DNA from: Eubacteriales bacterium
Lineage (GTDB): Bacteria > Bacillota > Clostridia > Oscillospirales > CAG-382
Direction of reading: 5' to 3'
DNA: 51,811 nt
NCBI GenBank assembly: GCA_045532495.1
Contig: JAZSGA010000040.1
Span: 1 to 51,811, forward strand
Shown here: piece by piece, positions 44,541-51,811 of the stretch
Position numbering within the stretch: position 1 is the stretch's first letter
How the letters are laid out: each line of letters begins with the position of its first letter
The notes under the pieces: generated by a model
What the model was told of the DNA's origin: nothing
Seen by the model: only the letters and a program-made list of their open reading frames with translations
Databases searched by the model: none
Program-made: the position numbers and the translations under genes

Positions 44541-46073
44541 ATGTTATCAAAGGTAAACAGCGCCGGAATTCTTGGCATTGACGGCTACATTGTGGACGTG
44601 GAATGTTTTGCATCCCAGTCCATACCCAAATTTGATATCGTAGGCCTGCCCGGAGCATCGGTAAAGGAATCCTACAACCGCATAAAAGCGGCAATAAAAT
44701 CCGCAGGGCTGGAATTCCCCATGATGTCGGTGACCATAAACCTTGCTCCTGCAGATATGCTCAAGCAAGGCACGGCGTACGACCTTGCCATTCTGCTTGC
44801 CATGCTGCGCTGTACAGTACTTTGCGATTGCAACCTTGACGGAAAATGCTTTGCGGGTGAGGTTTCGCTTTCAGGCGCATTGCGCAAAACAAACGGTATT
44901 CTTTCCATGTGCATTGCCGCGCGTGATGCCGGCTTTACCGAAATGTACGTTCCCTTTGACAATATAAACGAAGCCTCCGTGGTGGATGGCATTGATGTTT
45001 TCGGTGTGCATGATATTTCCGAGCTTACACAGCATCTTTTAAAGGGCAATGTTATTAAACCCGCAAATCACAGCACCGACGGCCTTTTTAACCTTTCCTA
45101 TGACGGCATACCCGATTTTGCCGATGTTAAAGGTCAGGAGCAGGTAAAGCTTGCCATAGAAATCGCCGCAGCAGGCATGCACAACGTTTTGCTTGTGGGC
45201 CCTCCCGGTACGGGAAAAAGCATGCTTGCCAAGCGTATACCCGGTATTTTGCCTCCCATGAGCTTTGAAGAAGCTCTTGAAACCACAAAAATATATTCCG
45301 CATCCGGCAACATAGGTGCCGGGCAAACACTTATAACCCGACGCCCGTTCAGATCACCTCACCACACCATGTCCTCGGCAGGACTTGTGGGCGGCGGAAA
45401 GATTCCCCAGCCCGGCGAGATTTCCCTTGCCGATAACGGAGTTCTGTTCCTTGACGAGCTGCCGGAATTTGCAAAGGATGCCACAGATGCGCTGCGTCAG
45501 CCGCTGGAGGATGGCGAGGTTACCATAACCCGTGTGGGCGGCAGGTTCCGATTTCCTTCACGTTTTATGCTGGTTTGTGCCATGAATCCGTGCAAATGCG
45601 GCTATTACGGACATCCCGTAAAGCAATGCACCTGCTCAAGAGGCATTATAGACAAATATCTTTCCCGCGTTTCAGGTCCTCTGCTTGACAGAATGGACAT
45701 TCAGGTGGAGGTGCCGTCGCTCAGCTTTGACGAGCTTTCCGAAAAAATGCTTGCCGAGCCCTCGGAAAAAATACGCGAGCGTGTTATTAACGCCCGTGAG
45801 ATAATGCAAAAACGCTACAAAGGCACGGGTATTTCCGCCAACGGCGACCTTACGCCTGCCATGATCCGCCGCTATTGCGTTCTGGACGATGAAGCAGGCG
45901 AGGTTATGAAAAACGCCTTTGAGCGCATGGGGCTTTCGGCAAGGGGTTACGACCGTATTTTGCGTGTGGCACGCACCGTGGCAGATATGCACGCCAGCGA
46001 AACCATACGCCGTGAGCATGTGGCGCAGGCTGTGCAGCTGCGCAATCTTGATAAAAAATACTGGAACAACTGA
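44541..46073 (+). CDS. comM: YifB/ComM family Mg-chelatase-like AAA ATPase
   Basis: 510 aa with a Lon-protease-like N-terminal domain, Walker A GPPGTGKS, Walker B VLFLDELPEF and the C-terminal ChlI-type ARGYDRILRVARTVADM. Confidence 0.92.
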   Translation: MLSKVNSAGILGIDGYIVDVECFASQSIPKFDIVGLPGASVKESYNRIKAAIKSAGLEFPMMSVTINLAPADMLKQGTAYDLAILLAMLRCTVLCDCNLDGKCFAGEVSLSGALRKTNGILSMCIAARDAGFTEMYVPFDNINEASVVDGIDVFGVHDISELTQHLLKGNVIKPANHSTDGLFNLSYDGIPDFADVKGQEQVKLAIEIAAAGMHNVLLVGPPGTGKSMLAKRIPGILPPMSFEEALETTKIYSASGNIGAGQTLITRRPFRSPHHTMSSAGLVGGGKIPQPGEISLADNGVLFLDELPEFAKDATDALRQPLEDGEVTITRVGGRFRFPSRFMLVCAMNPCKCGYYGHPVKQCTCSRGIIDKYLSRVSGPLLDRMDIQVEVPSLSFDELSEKMLAEPSEKIRERVINAREIMQKRYKGTGISANGDLTPAMIRRYCVLDDEAGEVMKNAFERMGLSARGYDRILRVARTVADMHASETIRREHVAQAVQLRNLDKKYWNN

Positions 46074-46084
46074 CGGAGTAAAAA

Positions 46085-46771
46085 ATGAAACTATCAATAG
46101 AAGCCAACACGGTTTCGGCACAGAATCAGCTTGCAGATACCGATAAAACAAAATATTACAATATTCCAAAAGCCACCGAAAAAATTGCAATTATAGGCAA
46201 TTCCATAACTCTGCACGGCATAAAACCAGATATAGGCTGGCACGGAGAATGGGGTATGGCGGCATCCTGCCCCGAAAAGGATTTTTTTCACCTGGTAATG
46301 GAAGATTACCGCAAGGTGCATCCGCAAACCTCGTTCATGCTGGTGCAGGCGGCAGAGTGGGAGCAGGATTTTGACAAATCCCCTGCCGACTACCCTTTTC
46401 AGCTTAAGGATCTTGCGGCATACGATCCCGACACGGTGGTTATACGCCTTTCGGAAAACTGCAGCCGTGAATACTGTGAAAAACACGATTTTGCCGCAGG
46501 CTTTATGGCTCTGTGCGATTATCTTGCCGACGGTGGCAGGAGAAAGCTTATTATAACCGATTCGTTCTGGTACAGTCCCTGGACATATGACGGCATAGCC
46601 GAGGCGGCAAACAAATACTGCGGCGGTGCCGTTAAAATATCAGATCTCGGCGAGCTTGACGAAATGAAAGCCATAGGTCTTTTTGAGCACGCAGGTGTTG
46701 CGGCACATCCCGGAGATGTGGGCATGCGCGCCATTGCCGACAGAATACTCGAAAAGCTTTTAAATTTGTAA
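46085..46771 (+). CDS. SGNH/GDSL-like hydrolase family protein
   Basis: 228 aa with block I IAIIGNSIT and the C-terminal block HPGDVGM. A GGAG SD is present. Confidence 0.7.
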   Translation: MKLSIEANTVSAQNQLADTDKTKYYNIPKATEKIAIIGNSITLHGIKPDIGWHGEWGMAASCPEKDFFHLVMEDYRKVHPQTSFMLVQAAEWEQDFDKSPADYPFQLKDLAAYDPDTVVIRLSENCSREYCEKHDFAAGFMALCDYLADGGRRKLIITDSFWYSPWTYDGIAEAANKYCGGAVKISDLGELDEMKAIGLFEHAGVAAHPGDVGMRAIADRILEKLLNL

Positions 46772-46794
46772 TTAAAAAAATGGAGGAATAAAAA

Positions 46795-47094
46795 ATGACA
46801 CTTATTCAGGAACTGCTTGAAGCCGCCATGGTTATCAGCTTTGGTATTTCGTGGCCGCTTTCCATTCTCAAAAGCTACCGTGCACGTACCGCAAAAGGTA
46901 AAAGCCTGCTGTTTTTGTGCTTTATATTTTTCGGCTACGTATGCGGAATTGCATGGAAAATGCTGGTGCTGTACGAAACAGGCTCGATAAAATGGCCCAC
47001 ATACTTCTACTTCCTTAATCTTGTAATGGTGGGTACAGACATTGTGCTTTATTTCCGCAACAAAAGGCTGGATGCACTTAACGAAAGAAAATAA
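46795..47094 (+). CDS. Small 3-TM membrane protein, PQ-loop/SemiSWEET-like
   Basis: 99 aa with a GGAGG SD and three hydrophobic helices. ISWPLSILKSYRARTAKGKSL resembles a PQ-loop motif with PL in place of PQ. Confidence 0.5.
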   Translation: MTLIQELLEAAMVISFGISWPLSILKSYRARTAKGKSLLFLCFIFFGYVCGIAWKMLVLYETGSIKWPTYFYFLNLVMVGTDIVLYFRNKRLDALNERK

Positions 47095-47108
47095 AACAAA
47101 ACAAAAAC

Positions 47109-47155
47109 GGAAGCTGTCTTAAATGCAAAAGCAAGACAGCTTCCTGATTTATTTA
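47109..47155 (+). terminator. Terminator after the small membrane protein gene
   Basis: 12-bp stem GGAAGCTGTCTT/AAGACAGCTTCC (47109-47120 and 47133-47144) followed by a T-rich run. Confidence 0.6.
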
Positions 47156-47410
47156 TCAATATTTTGTTTTGCTGTATTTATTGATGCTATCAGCATTTTG
47201 CGGATTGTTCCGCATTCATTGTATATGTCTTTTATTGTATTTTTATCCAGCAAATCTGATTTAACAAACAATTCTAATCAATATTCTGTTTCATAACATT
47301 CTTTGAGCGCAATTTGTAATTTGGAAATAAAATCACTTTTGCTATGAGCATAATTTAATTATTTTAACAGAAAATTCAACCGATAAGTTTCGCAATTTTG
47401 ACTCTGCCAC
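47149..47410 (-). pseudogene. Decayed four-helix-bundle protein gene (TIGR02436 / 23S rRNA IVS protein family)
   Basis: The minus strand reads ...YAHSKSDFISKLQIALKECYETEY*LELFVKSDLLDKNTIKDIYNECGTIRKMLIASINTAKQNIDK*. A TGA (47278-47280) sits where the family has its conserved Trp (ETEYWL). The N-terminal piece VAESKLRNLSVEFSVKIIKLCS* is in another frame, and the central SIGANI.E region is missing. Confidence 0.65.
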
Positions 47411-47465
47411 TATTTATTAGCTCCCCCGCAAACTATTAAAACTTATAATGTATGACTTGTCTATG

Positions 47466-47631
47466 TGTGAAATATCAACTTCGTTGATGTGAAATAACTT
47501 ACTTCGTAAATTGTGAAATTTGATGCTAACATCAAGTGAAATGAAATAAATCCTCACACGCCGCAGGCGTATTTCACATTGCGAAGCAATATTTCACGCC
47601 CGTATGGCATTTCACAAATCCGATAGGATTT
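47466..47631. repeat. Iteron-like array: 4 direct and 3 inverted copies of (T/A)GTGAAAT, alternating with mini-palindromes
   Basis: Direct copies are at 47466, 47488, 47512 and 47535. Inverted copies (ATTTCAC) are at 47571, 47591 and 47609. Spacing is 18-24 bp, and every gap holds a 3-6 bp palindrome. Confidence 0.65.
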
Positions 47632-47640
47632 ATTTCGTTG

Positions 47641-47672
47641 AAAAAAGACTATTCTTACGAATAGTCTTTTTT
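47641..47672 (-). terminator. Terminator of the tRNA-Thr/tRNA-Tyr operon (symmetrical, could act in both directions)
   Basis: 9-bp stem AGACTATTC/GAATAGTCT (47646-47654 and 47659-47667) flanked by A5-6 and T5-6 runs. It starts 2 nt after the tRNA-Tyr CCA end. Confidence 0.8.
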
Positions 47673-47673
47673 C

Positions 47674-47758
47674 TGGTGGGGGAAGGTGGATTCGGACCAC
47701 CGAAGTCAGTGACAACAGATTTACAGTCTGCCCCCTTTGGCCGCTCGGGAATTCCCCC
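47674..47758 (-). tRNA. tRNA-Tyr (anticodon GTA), type II with long variable arm, CCA encoded
   Basis: Reverse complement is GGGGGAATTCCCGAGCGGCCAAAGGGGGCAGACTGTAAATCTGTTGTCACTGACTTCGGTGGTCCGAATCCACCTTCCCCCACCA. It folds with a 7-bp acceptor stem, anticodon loop CTGTAAA and T arm GGTGG/CCACC. Confidence 0.9.
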
Positions 47759-47785
47759 ATACATTCTCGGCTGCTGCCGAGAACC

Positions 47786-47860
47786 TGGAGCTGGTGAAGG
47801 GAGTCGAACCCCCAACCTGCTGATTACAAATCAGCTGCTCTGCCATTGAGCCACACCAGC
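47786..47860 (-). tRNA. tRNA-Thr (anticodon TGT), CCA encoded
   Basis: Reverse complement is GCTGGTGTGGCTCAATGGCAGAGCAGCTGATTTGTAATCAGCAGGTTGGGGGTTCGACTCCCTTCACCAGCTCCA. It folds as a cloverleaf with anticodon loop TTTGTAA and T loop TTCGACT. Confidence 0.9.
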
Positions 47861-47894
47861 ACATTTATAAGCTTGTTCGCTCGGAACATTTGCT

Positions 47895-47923
47895 ATTATA
47901 ACAGAAACGATTACGTTTGTCAA
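47895..47923 (-). promoter_or_regulatory. Consensus sigma-A promoter of the tRNA operon
   Basis: On the minus strand: TTGACA (47923-47918), 17-nt spacer, TATAAT (47900-47895), about 35 nt upstream of tRNA-Thr. Confidence 0.6.
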
Positions 47924-48002
47924 GTGTTTTTTTAACTTTTTTAAAAAAATTTATATTTTTCGGAATTCACGGCTTTTAAGGGCAAAAATAAAACGAAACA
48001 AC

Positions 48003-48031
48003 TTGAAAAATCATGCCGCATATAGTATAAT
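48003..48031 (+). promoter_or_regulatory. Sigma-A promoter of the DUF1015-ACT gene pair
   Basis: TTGAAA (48003-48008), 17-nt spacer, TATAAT (48026-48031). Confidence 0.55.
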
Positions 48032-48068
48032 TGAATATAATATTCCACAACGCAAGGAGATTTATACA

Positions 48069-49367
48069 ATGGCAAAAATAAAAGCTTTTCCGGCACTGCG
48101 TTTTACCGCTGCCTCAGGCGATATTTCCAAAAACGTGTGTCCGCCTTACGACATTATCTCACCGGCTCAGCGTGAGCAGTATATTGCCGATTCCCAAAAC
48201 AACATCATTCGCCTTGAGCTTCCCGTGGGCGAAAACGCATACGCCGACGCAGGTGAGCTTTACAAAAAAATGCGCAGCTCCGGCATACTGGAAAACGATG
48301 CCACCCCGGGCATTTATGTTTATGAGGAAGAATTTACCGCTTACGGAGAAACAAAAAAAATCAAAGGCATTTTTGCCCGTGTAAAGCTTTGCGAGTTTTC
48401 CGAAAACGTGGTTTTGCCCCACGAGGAAACCCTTTCAAAGGCAAAAACCGACCGTTTTAACCTTATGAGTGCAACATTCTGCAATTTCAGCCCCATATAT
48501 TCCATGTACACCGATGCAAAAGGAGAAATTTCGGGCAAGGTAAAGCAGTTAACACACGGCAAGGCAGATATTGAGTTTACCTGTGCCGACGGTGTTACCC
48601 AGCGTTTATGGAAAATAGAAAAGGGTGCAGAAACCGATTTTATCGAAAAGGCTTTTGAAGATAAGCAGCTGTTTATTGCCGACGGTCACCACCGCTACGA
48701 AACAGCTTTGAACTTTAAAAAGAAGCTGATATCCGACGGCATTATAACCGATGAAAACCATCCCGGCAACTACGTTATGATGATGCTTATAGACATGGAA
48801 AACGACGGCCTTGTGGTGTTCCCCACTCACAGAATGATAAAAGGGCTTGAAAACTTTGACGAGGCACAGGCGCTTGAAAAGATATCCGAATATTTTGACA
48901 CATGCGAAATAAGCCGCAATGAAATAGAAGCCTCTCTTAACAAAAATGCCGACAAAAAGGCGTATGTTTTCTGCACAAAGAGTGGAAAATACCATCTGCT
49001 CACACTCAAAAACACCCCCGATGCCGCAAGCAAGCTCTCTCTGCTCAACCCCGGAAAATCCGATGCTTACAAGGGGCTTGACGTTACCGTGCTTCACTCG
49101 CTCATACTTGAAAACCTTTTCGGTATTGACAAGGAAAACATGGCAAATCAAATAAACCTCAAGTACACCCGTGATATTGACGAAGCATGCGACTGCATAA
49201 AAGACGCGGAGTTCAACTGTGCGTTTATACTTAATTCCACAAAGGTTAGCGAAATAAAGGACGTGGCTCTGGCAGGCGAAAAAATGCCGCAAAAATCCAC
49301 GTACTTCTATCCCAAGCTCATAACAGGTCTTGTTATGAATGAGCTTGTACCCTACACCGAAATATAA
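48069..49367 (+). CDS. DUF1015 domain-containing protein
   Basis: The ATG at 48069 has an AAGGAG SD. The N-terminus MAKIKAFPALRFT...VCPPYDIISP is typical of DUF1015, and ADGHHRYETAL is present. 432 aa. Confidence 0.85.
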   Translation: MAKIKAFPALRFTAASGDISKNVCPPYDIISPAQREQYIADSQNNIIRLELPVGENAYADAGELYKKMRSSGILENDATPGIYVYEEEFTAYGETKKIKGIFARVKLCEFSENVVLPHEETLSKAKTDRFNLMSATFCNFSPIYSMYTDAKGEISGKVKQLTHGKADIEFTCADGVTQRLWKIEKGAETDFIEKAFEDKQLFIADGHHRYETALNFKKKLISDGIITDENHPGNYVMMMLIDMENDGLVVFPTHRMIKGLENFDEAQALEKISEYFDTCEISRNEIEASLNKNADKKAYVFCTKSGKYHLLTLKNTPDAASKLSLLNPGKSDAYKGLDVTVLHSLILENLFGIDKENMANQINLKYTRDIDEACDCIKDAEFNCAFILNSTKVSEIKDVALAGEKMPQKSTYFYPKLITGLVMNELVPYTEI

Positions 49368-49732
49368 TGGAAATACGTATTATTCCCCACAGCTTTTCGG
49401 TTTGCAAGATCAAAGATACATCCTGCATTGATCTTTCCGCAAAATTCACCTTTGCCGCCGTTACCGATGAAGAAATTTCGCTGGTATGCCCCACGGAGCT
49501 TGTGCCCGCACGCACCGAGTGCCGCGAGGACGGCTGGCAGGCATTTTGCATATGCGGAACCCTGGATTTTTCGCTGATAGGAATCCTTGCGGATATTTCT
49601 TCCGTGCTTGCAAAGGAAAGGATAGGCATTTTTGCCGTTTCCACCTACAACACCGATTACATTTTTACCAAAAAAGAGAATTTTCAAAACGCACTTGCTG
49701 CTCTTGCAAAAAACGGATATACGGTAAAATAA
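49367..49732 (+). CDS. ACT domain-containing protein (ACT_7-like)
   Basis: 121 aa. Its start overlaps the DUF1015 stop by 1 nt (TAATG). Motifs: ...FSVCKI..., TDEEISLVC, LDFSLIGILADISSVLA and IFAVSTYNTDY. Confidence 0.8.
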   Translation: MEIRIIPHSFSVCKIKDTSCIDLSAKFTFAAVTDEEISLVCPTELVPARTECREDGWQAFCICGTLDFSLIGILADISSVLAKERIGIFAVSTYNTDYIFTKKENFQNALAALAKNGYTVK

Positions 49733-49753
49733 GAACAAAATATACAAATTGAA

Positions 49754-49785
49754 ACAGGGCACCCATTCGGGTGCCCTGTGTTTTA
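49754..49785. terminator. Bidirectional terminator
   Basis: 11-bp stem ACAGGGCACCC/GGGTGCCCTGT (49754-49764 and 49769-49779) followed by GTTTT. Confidence 0.8.
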
Positions 49786-49789
49786 TATT

Positions 49790-51811
49790 TTACGCCTCTT
49801 CGGGTTCAAGCACGATAACAACTGCGTTTTCATCGCCCAGGTGTTTGCCTATCTGATAAGCGGCATCGTAATCGCACACCACATTTGATGTGGCTTTGAG
49901 GTTGCCTATACGGCGTCCTTTTTCCTGAATATAGAAGTTTTTGTCATCGGTTTCGGTGCTGTTATGTGTAAGCAGGATTATCCAGCCCGAACATCCGTTG
50001 ATAACATTATATTCGGTAAGCTGATCGGAGTTTGTTGCAAGGGAGGTTCCGCAATATGCAAAGCCTTCGCGGTTGGAAACTGCGGATCCCCAGCCGTAAC
50101 CGGAATGGTTGAGCACATTGTATGCAATATGCACATCCTTGGTATATTTTCTGGATGCGGGTGTAAGCGGACCGGGGCGGTTGTAGAATTCGATACCCCA
50201 ATAGCAGTATTCAATAAGGTTGCCGTAATATCTTACGTTCTGATGGATACAAACGCCTTCCTCGTTATACTGATGGGTTATGGCGGTATCGTAGATCTGA
50301 TAGATCCAGTTGTTTTCTACAAAGTAGCCATCGCAATCGCCGTAAATTTCAATGGCGTTGCCGTAAAGTGTGGTAAGGCTGAGAACAGAACCGCCGATCC
50401 AGGAGTAAATACAGTTAGTCACTGTGCGGTTTTTGCATCCGCCTGCGCCGCCCATGCCGTGGCCGCCGGTGAACTTGAAGGAGATATTGTCGATGATAAC
50501 ATCGTCACCTCTGCCCGAAACAATTGCCACATCCTCGCCTATTTCGATGGACTTGAAGCGGGAGCCGGGGTTGCCGGATGCGGAGTAAAGATAAAGCTCG
50601 CCTGTTTTAAGCTTGCCGTCCTTGCTGTTATCAAGTACAGAGTAATACTGAAGATCGGTATTCATTTGCGCAACATCGCCGGTAAATCCAAAAGCATCGG
50701 GGATCTGGCTGTCGCCGAACAGTTCATTGTATGCATCGTCTGTGTGATCAAAAAGATCGTGATCAAAGCCGATAACACCTACATCATGCAGGGCTTCGGT
50801 ACACTTCCACACGTTTTCCCACTCGGTTTCAACCCACAGTGCAGGATCGGCATAGTTCTTTCTTGACTGCATGATAACAGGTTTTTCGCCTGTACCGTAG
50901 GAACCGAGAATGGTGCCGTCCACATTTACGCTTATGTTTCCGCGATAAACACCGCCACGTTCAAAAAGGAAGGTGGTGTTCTTTTTATGGAAAGCTACCT
51001 TTGTAATTGCAGCAGGTGTTTTCCACGCAGTTTCGGGAGTTTTACCGTCATTATCGTCATTACCGTTCTTTTCGGAAATGTAGTAAATCTGACCGGTCAT
51101 TTTGTCACCGTAAATATCCGCAGTGTTGGGAGTTTCAAGCACATCCTTTTTCATCTGTTGGGATATGGTGTCTATACCTCTCATAATGGCATCGGAGGAA
51201 AGATCCTTTGACTGATCGTAAAGACCGATAACATATTCTTTGGCTGTTGTGCCGTTTATGGAATATTCGGTGGGTGTCTGCTTGGGTGTCCATGCTGTGC
51301 CTTCGGGGTTACATGCCGCAAGCACCTGACCGTTTGCCCAGTGAGAAGCGGTATCGCCAAAGCTTACTGTACCTGCATTGCCTGTGGGCACACGTCCGAG
51401 GAGCCTGTTTACCATGGTAACAACTTCCGCGCGGGTAATGCTGTTATCGGGACGGAACGTGCCGTCCTCATAGCCCGTAACTATACCCGATGCCACAGCG
51501 TTACTTGCGGCAGGATAAAAGGGGCTTGTGGGTTCCACATCAGGCACATATGCAAGCTTTGTGGATTTTACGGTGCCCAAAGTGTTTATTTCGTAAATAA
51601 GCTGTGCAAATTCCGCACGGGTAATATTTTTGGCAGGTTCAAATCTGCTGCCGCCCCAGGTGCTTACAAGATCAAGCAATCCCATATGCTCAAAAAGACC
51701 GATATAGGATTCATACCAGGAGCCGGGCTCCACATCTGCAAAATCAGATGTGACCTTGCCTTTGAAGCTGTTTTCGTCAGCCACTATTCTGGAAAGCATA
51801 ACAACCGCTTC
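49790..51811 (-). CDS. SLH-domain surface protein with a right-handed beta-helix-type domain (5' end beyond the window)
   Basis: The frame is open to the right edge (…EAVVMLSRI continues an SLH repeat). Further SLH repeats include FADVEPGSWYESYIGL...ITRAEFAQLI and ...GYEDGTFRPDNSITRAEVVTMVNRLLG. A cap motif YYISEKNGNDDNDGKTPETAWKT follows, then Gly/Asn-rich beta-helix-like repeats. Confidence 0.85.
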   Translation of the reverse strand, partial: EAVVMLSRIVADENSFKGKVTSDFADVEPGSWYESYIGLFEHMGLLDLVSTWGGSRFEPAKNITRAEFAQLIYEINTLGTVKSTKLAYVPDVEPTSPFYPAASNAVASGIVTGYEDGTFRPDNSITRAEVVTMVNRLLGRVPTGNAGTVSFGDTASHWANGQVLAACNPEGTAWTPKQTPTEYSINGTTAKEYVIGLYDQSKDLSSDAIMRGIDTISQQMKKDVLETPNTADIYGDKMTGQIYYISEKNGNDDNDGKTPETAWKTPAAITKVAFHKKNTTFLFERGGVYRGNISVNVDGTILGSYGTGEKPVIMQSRKNYADPALWVETEWENVWKCTEALHDVGVIGFDHDLFDHTDDAYNELFGDSQIPDAFGFTGDVAQMNTDLQYYSVLDNSKDGKLKTGELYLYSASGNPGSRFKSIEIGEDVAIVSGRGDDVIIDNISFKFTGGHGMGGAGGCKNRTVTNCIYSWIGGSVLSLTTLYGNAIEIYGDCDGYFVENNWIYQIYDTAITHQYNEEGVCIHQNVRYYGNLIEYCYWGIEFYNRPGPLTPASRKYTKDVHIAYNVLNHSGYGWGSAVSNREGFAYCGTSLATNSDQLTEYNVINGCSGWIILLTHNSTETDDKNFYIQEKGRRIGNLKATSNVVCDYDAAYQIGKHLGDENAVVIVLEPEEA

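Noticed and set aside
47278-47280. TGA read as Trp (genetic code 4) or selenocysteine in the four-helix-bundle gene
   Set aside because: TGA terminates well-supported genes in this window, for example the ATGA overlaps at 32971 and 8790. The gene also has a frame break and an internal deletion, so decay is the simpler explanation.
47466-47631. CRISPR array interpretation of the GTGAAAT repeats
   Set aside because: The conserved unit is only 8 nt (at most about 20), the orientation flips midway, the spacers are palindromic, and no cas genes are present.
47100-47640. Intact prophage or integrative element at the tRNA-Tyr locus
   Set aside because: There is no integrase, no recombinase and no duplicated tRNA 3' end visible within the window. 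At most it is a relic (pseudogene plus repeat array).
47554-47849. ORFs of 68 aa (minus) and 81 aa (plus) across 47554-47849
   Set aside because: They overlap the two tRNA genes and the terminator, so they are not coding.

Overview
This is a 51.8-kb chromosomal segment from a Gram-positive, Clostridia-like genome. Supporting signs are SLH-anchored surface proteins, an ECF FolT-type S component behind a THF-riboswitch-like leader, TTGACA/TATAAT promoters and GGAGG-type SDs. Most genes are housekeeping: clpX-clpP-tig, a metallophosphoesterase, DUF1540, the rnj-rnhB-yraN-M19 dipeptidase-thrC run, metNIQ, an EamA transporter, a 2-hydroxyacid dehydrogenase, an FtsW/RodA-like gene and an ADP-ribosylglycohydrolase. 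The rest are recA-recX-nfeD-SPFH, ygiQ with the TIGR03936/TIGR03960 radical-SAM pair, mnmM(ytqB), comM/yifB, an SGNH hydrolase, a tRNA-Thr/tRNA-Tyr operon and DUF1015+ACT. I saw no integrase, transposase, CRISPR array, rRNA or recognisable defence system. Four things stand out. (1) The metNIQ leader lacks any S-box or T-box signature that I can see. Instead it carries a 20-codon Met/Cys-rich mini-ORF (MCMCVMRMRC...) ahead of an antiterminator/terminator pair, which looks like ribosome-mediated attenuation. (2) A gene for a secreted protein of about 2,900 aa has five beta-helix-type modules and a C-terminal metallophosphoesterase domain. Its signal peptide is separated from the body by a 1-nt frame change in a T6C4 homopolymer. 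(3) An array of seven GTGAAAT/ATTTCAC 8-mers (four direct, three inverted, 18-24 bp apart) alternates with mini-palindromes. It sits between a decayed four-helix-bundle pseudogene and the tRNA operon terminator. (4) The FolT-like S component is about twice the usual size. All protein-family calls come from motif recognition by eye; no database searches were run.
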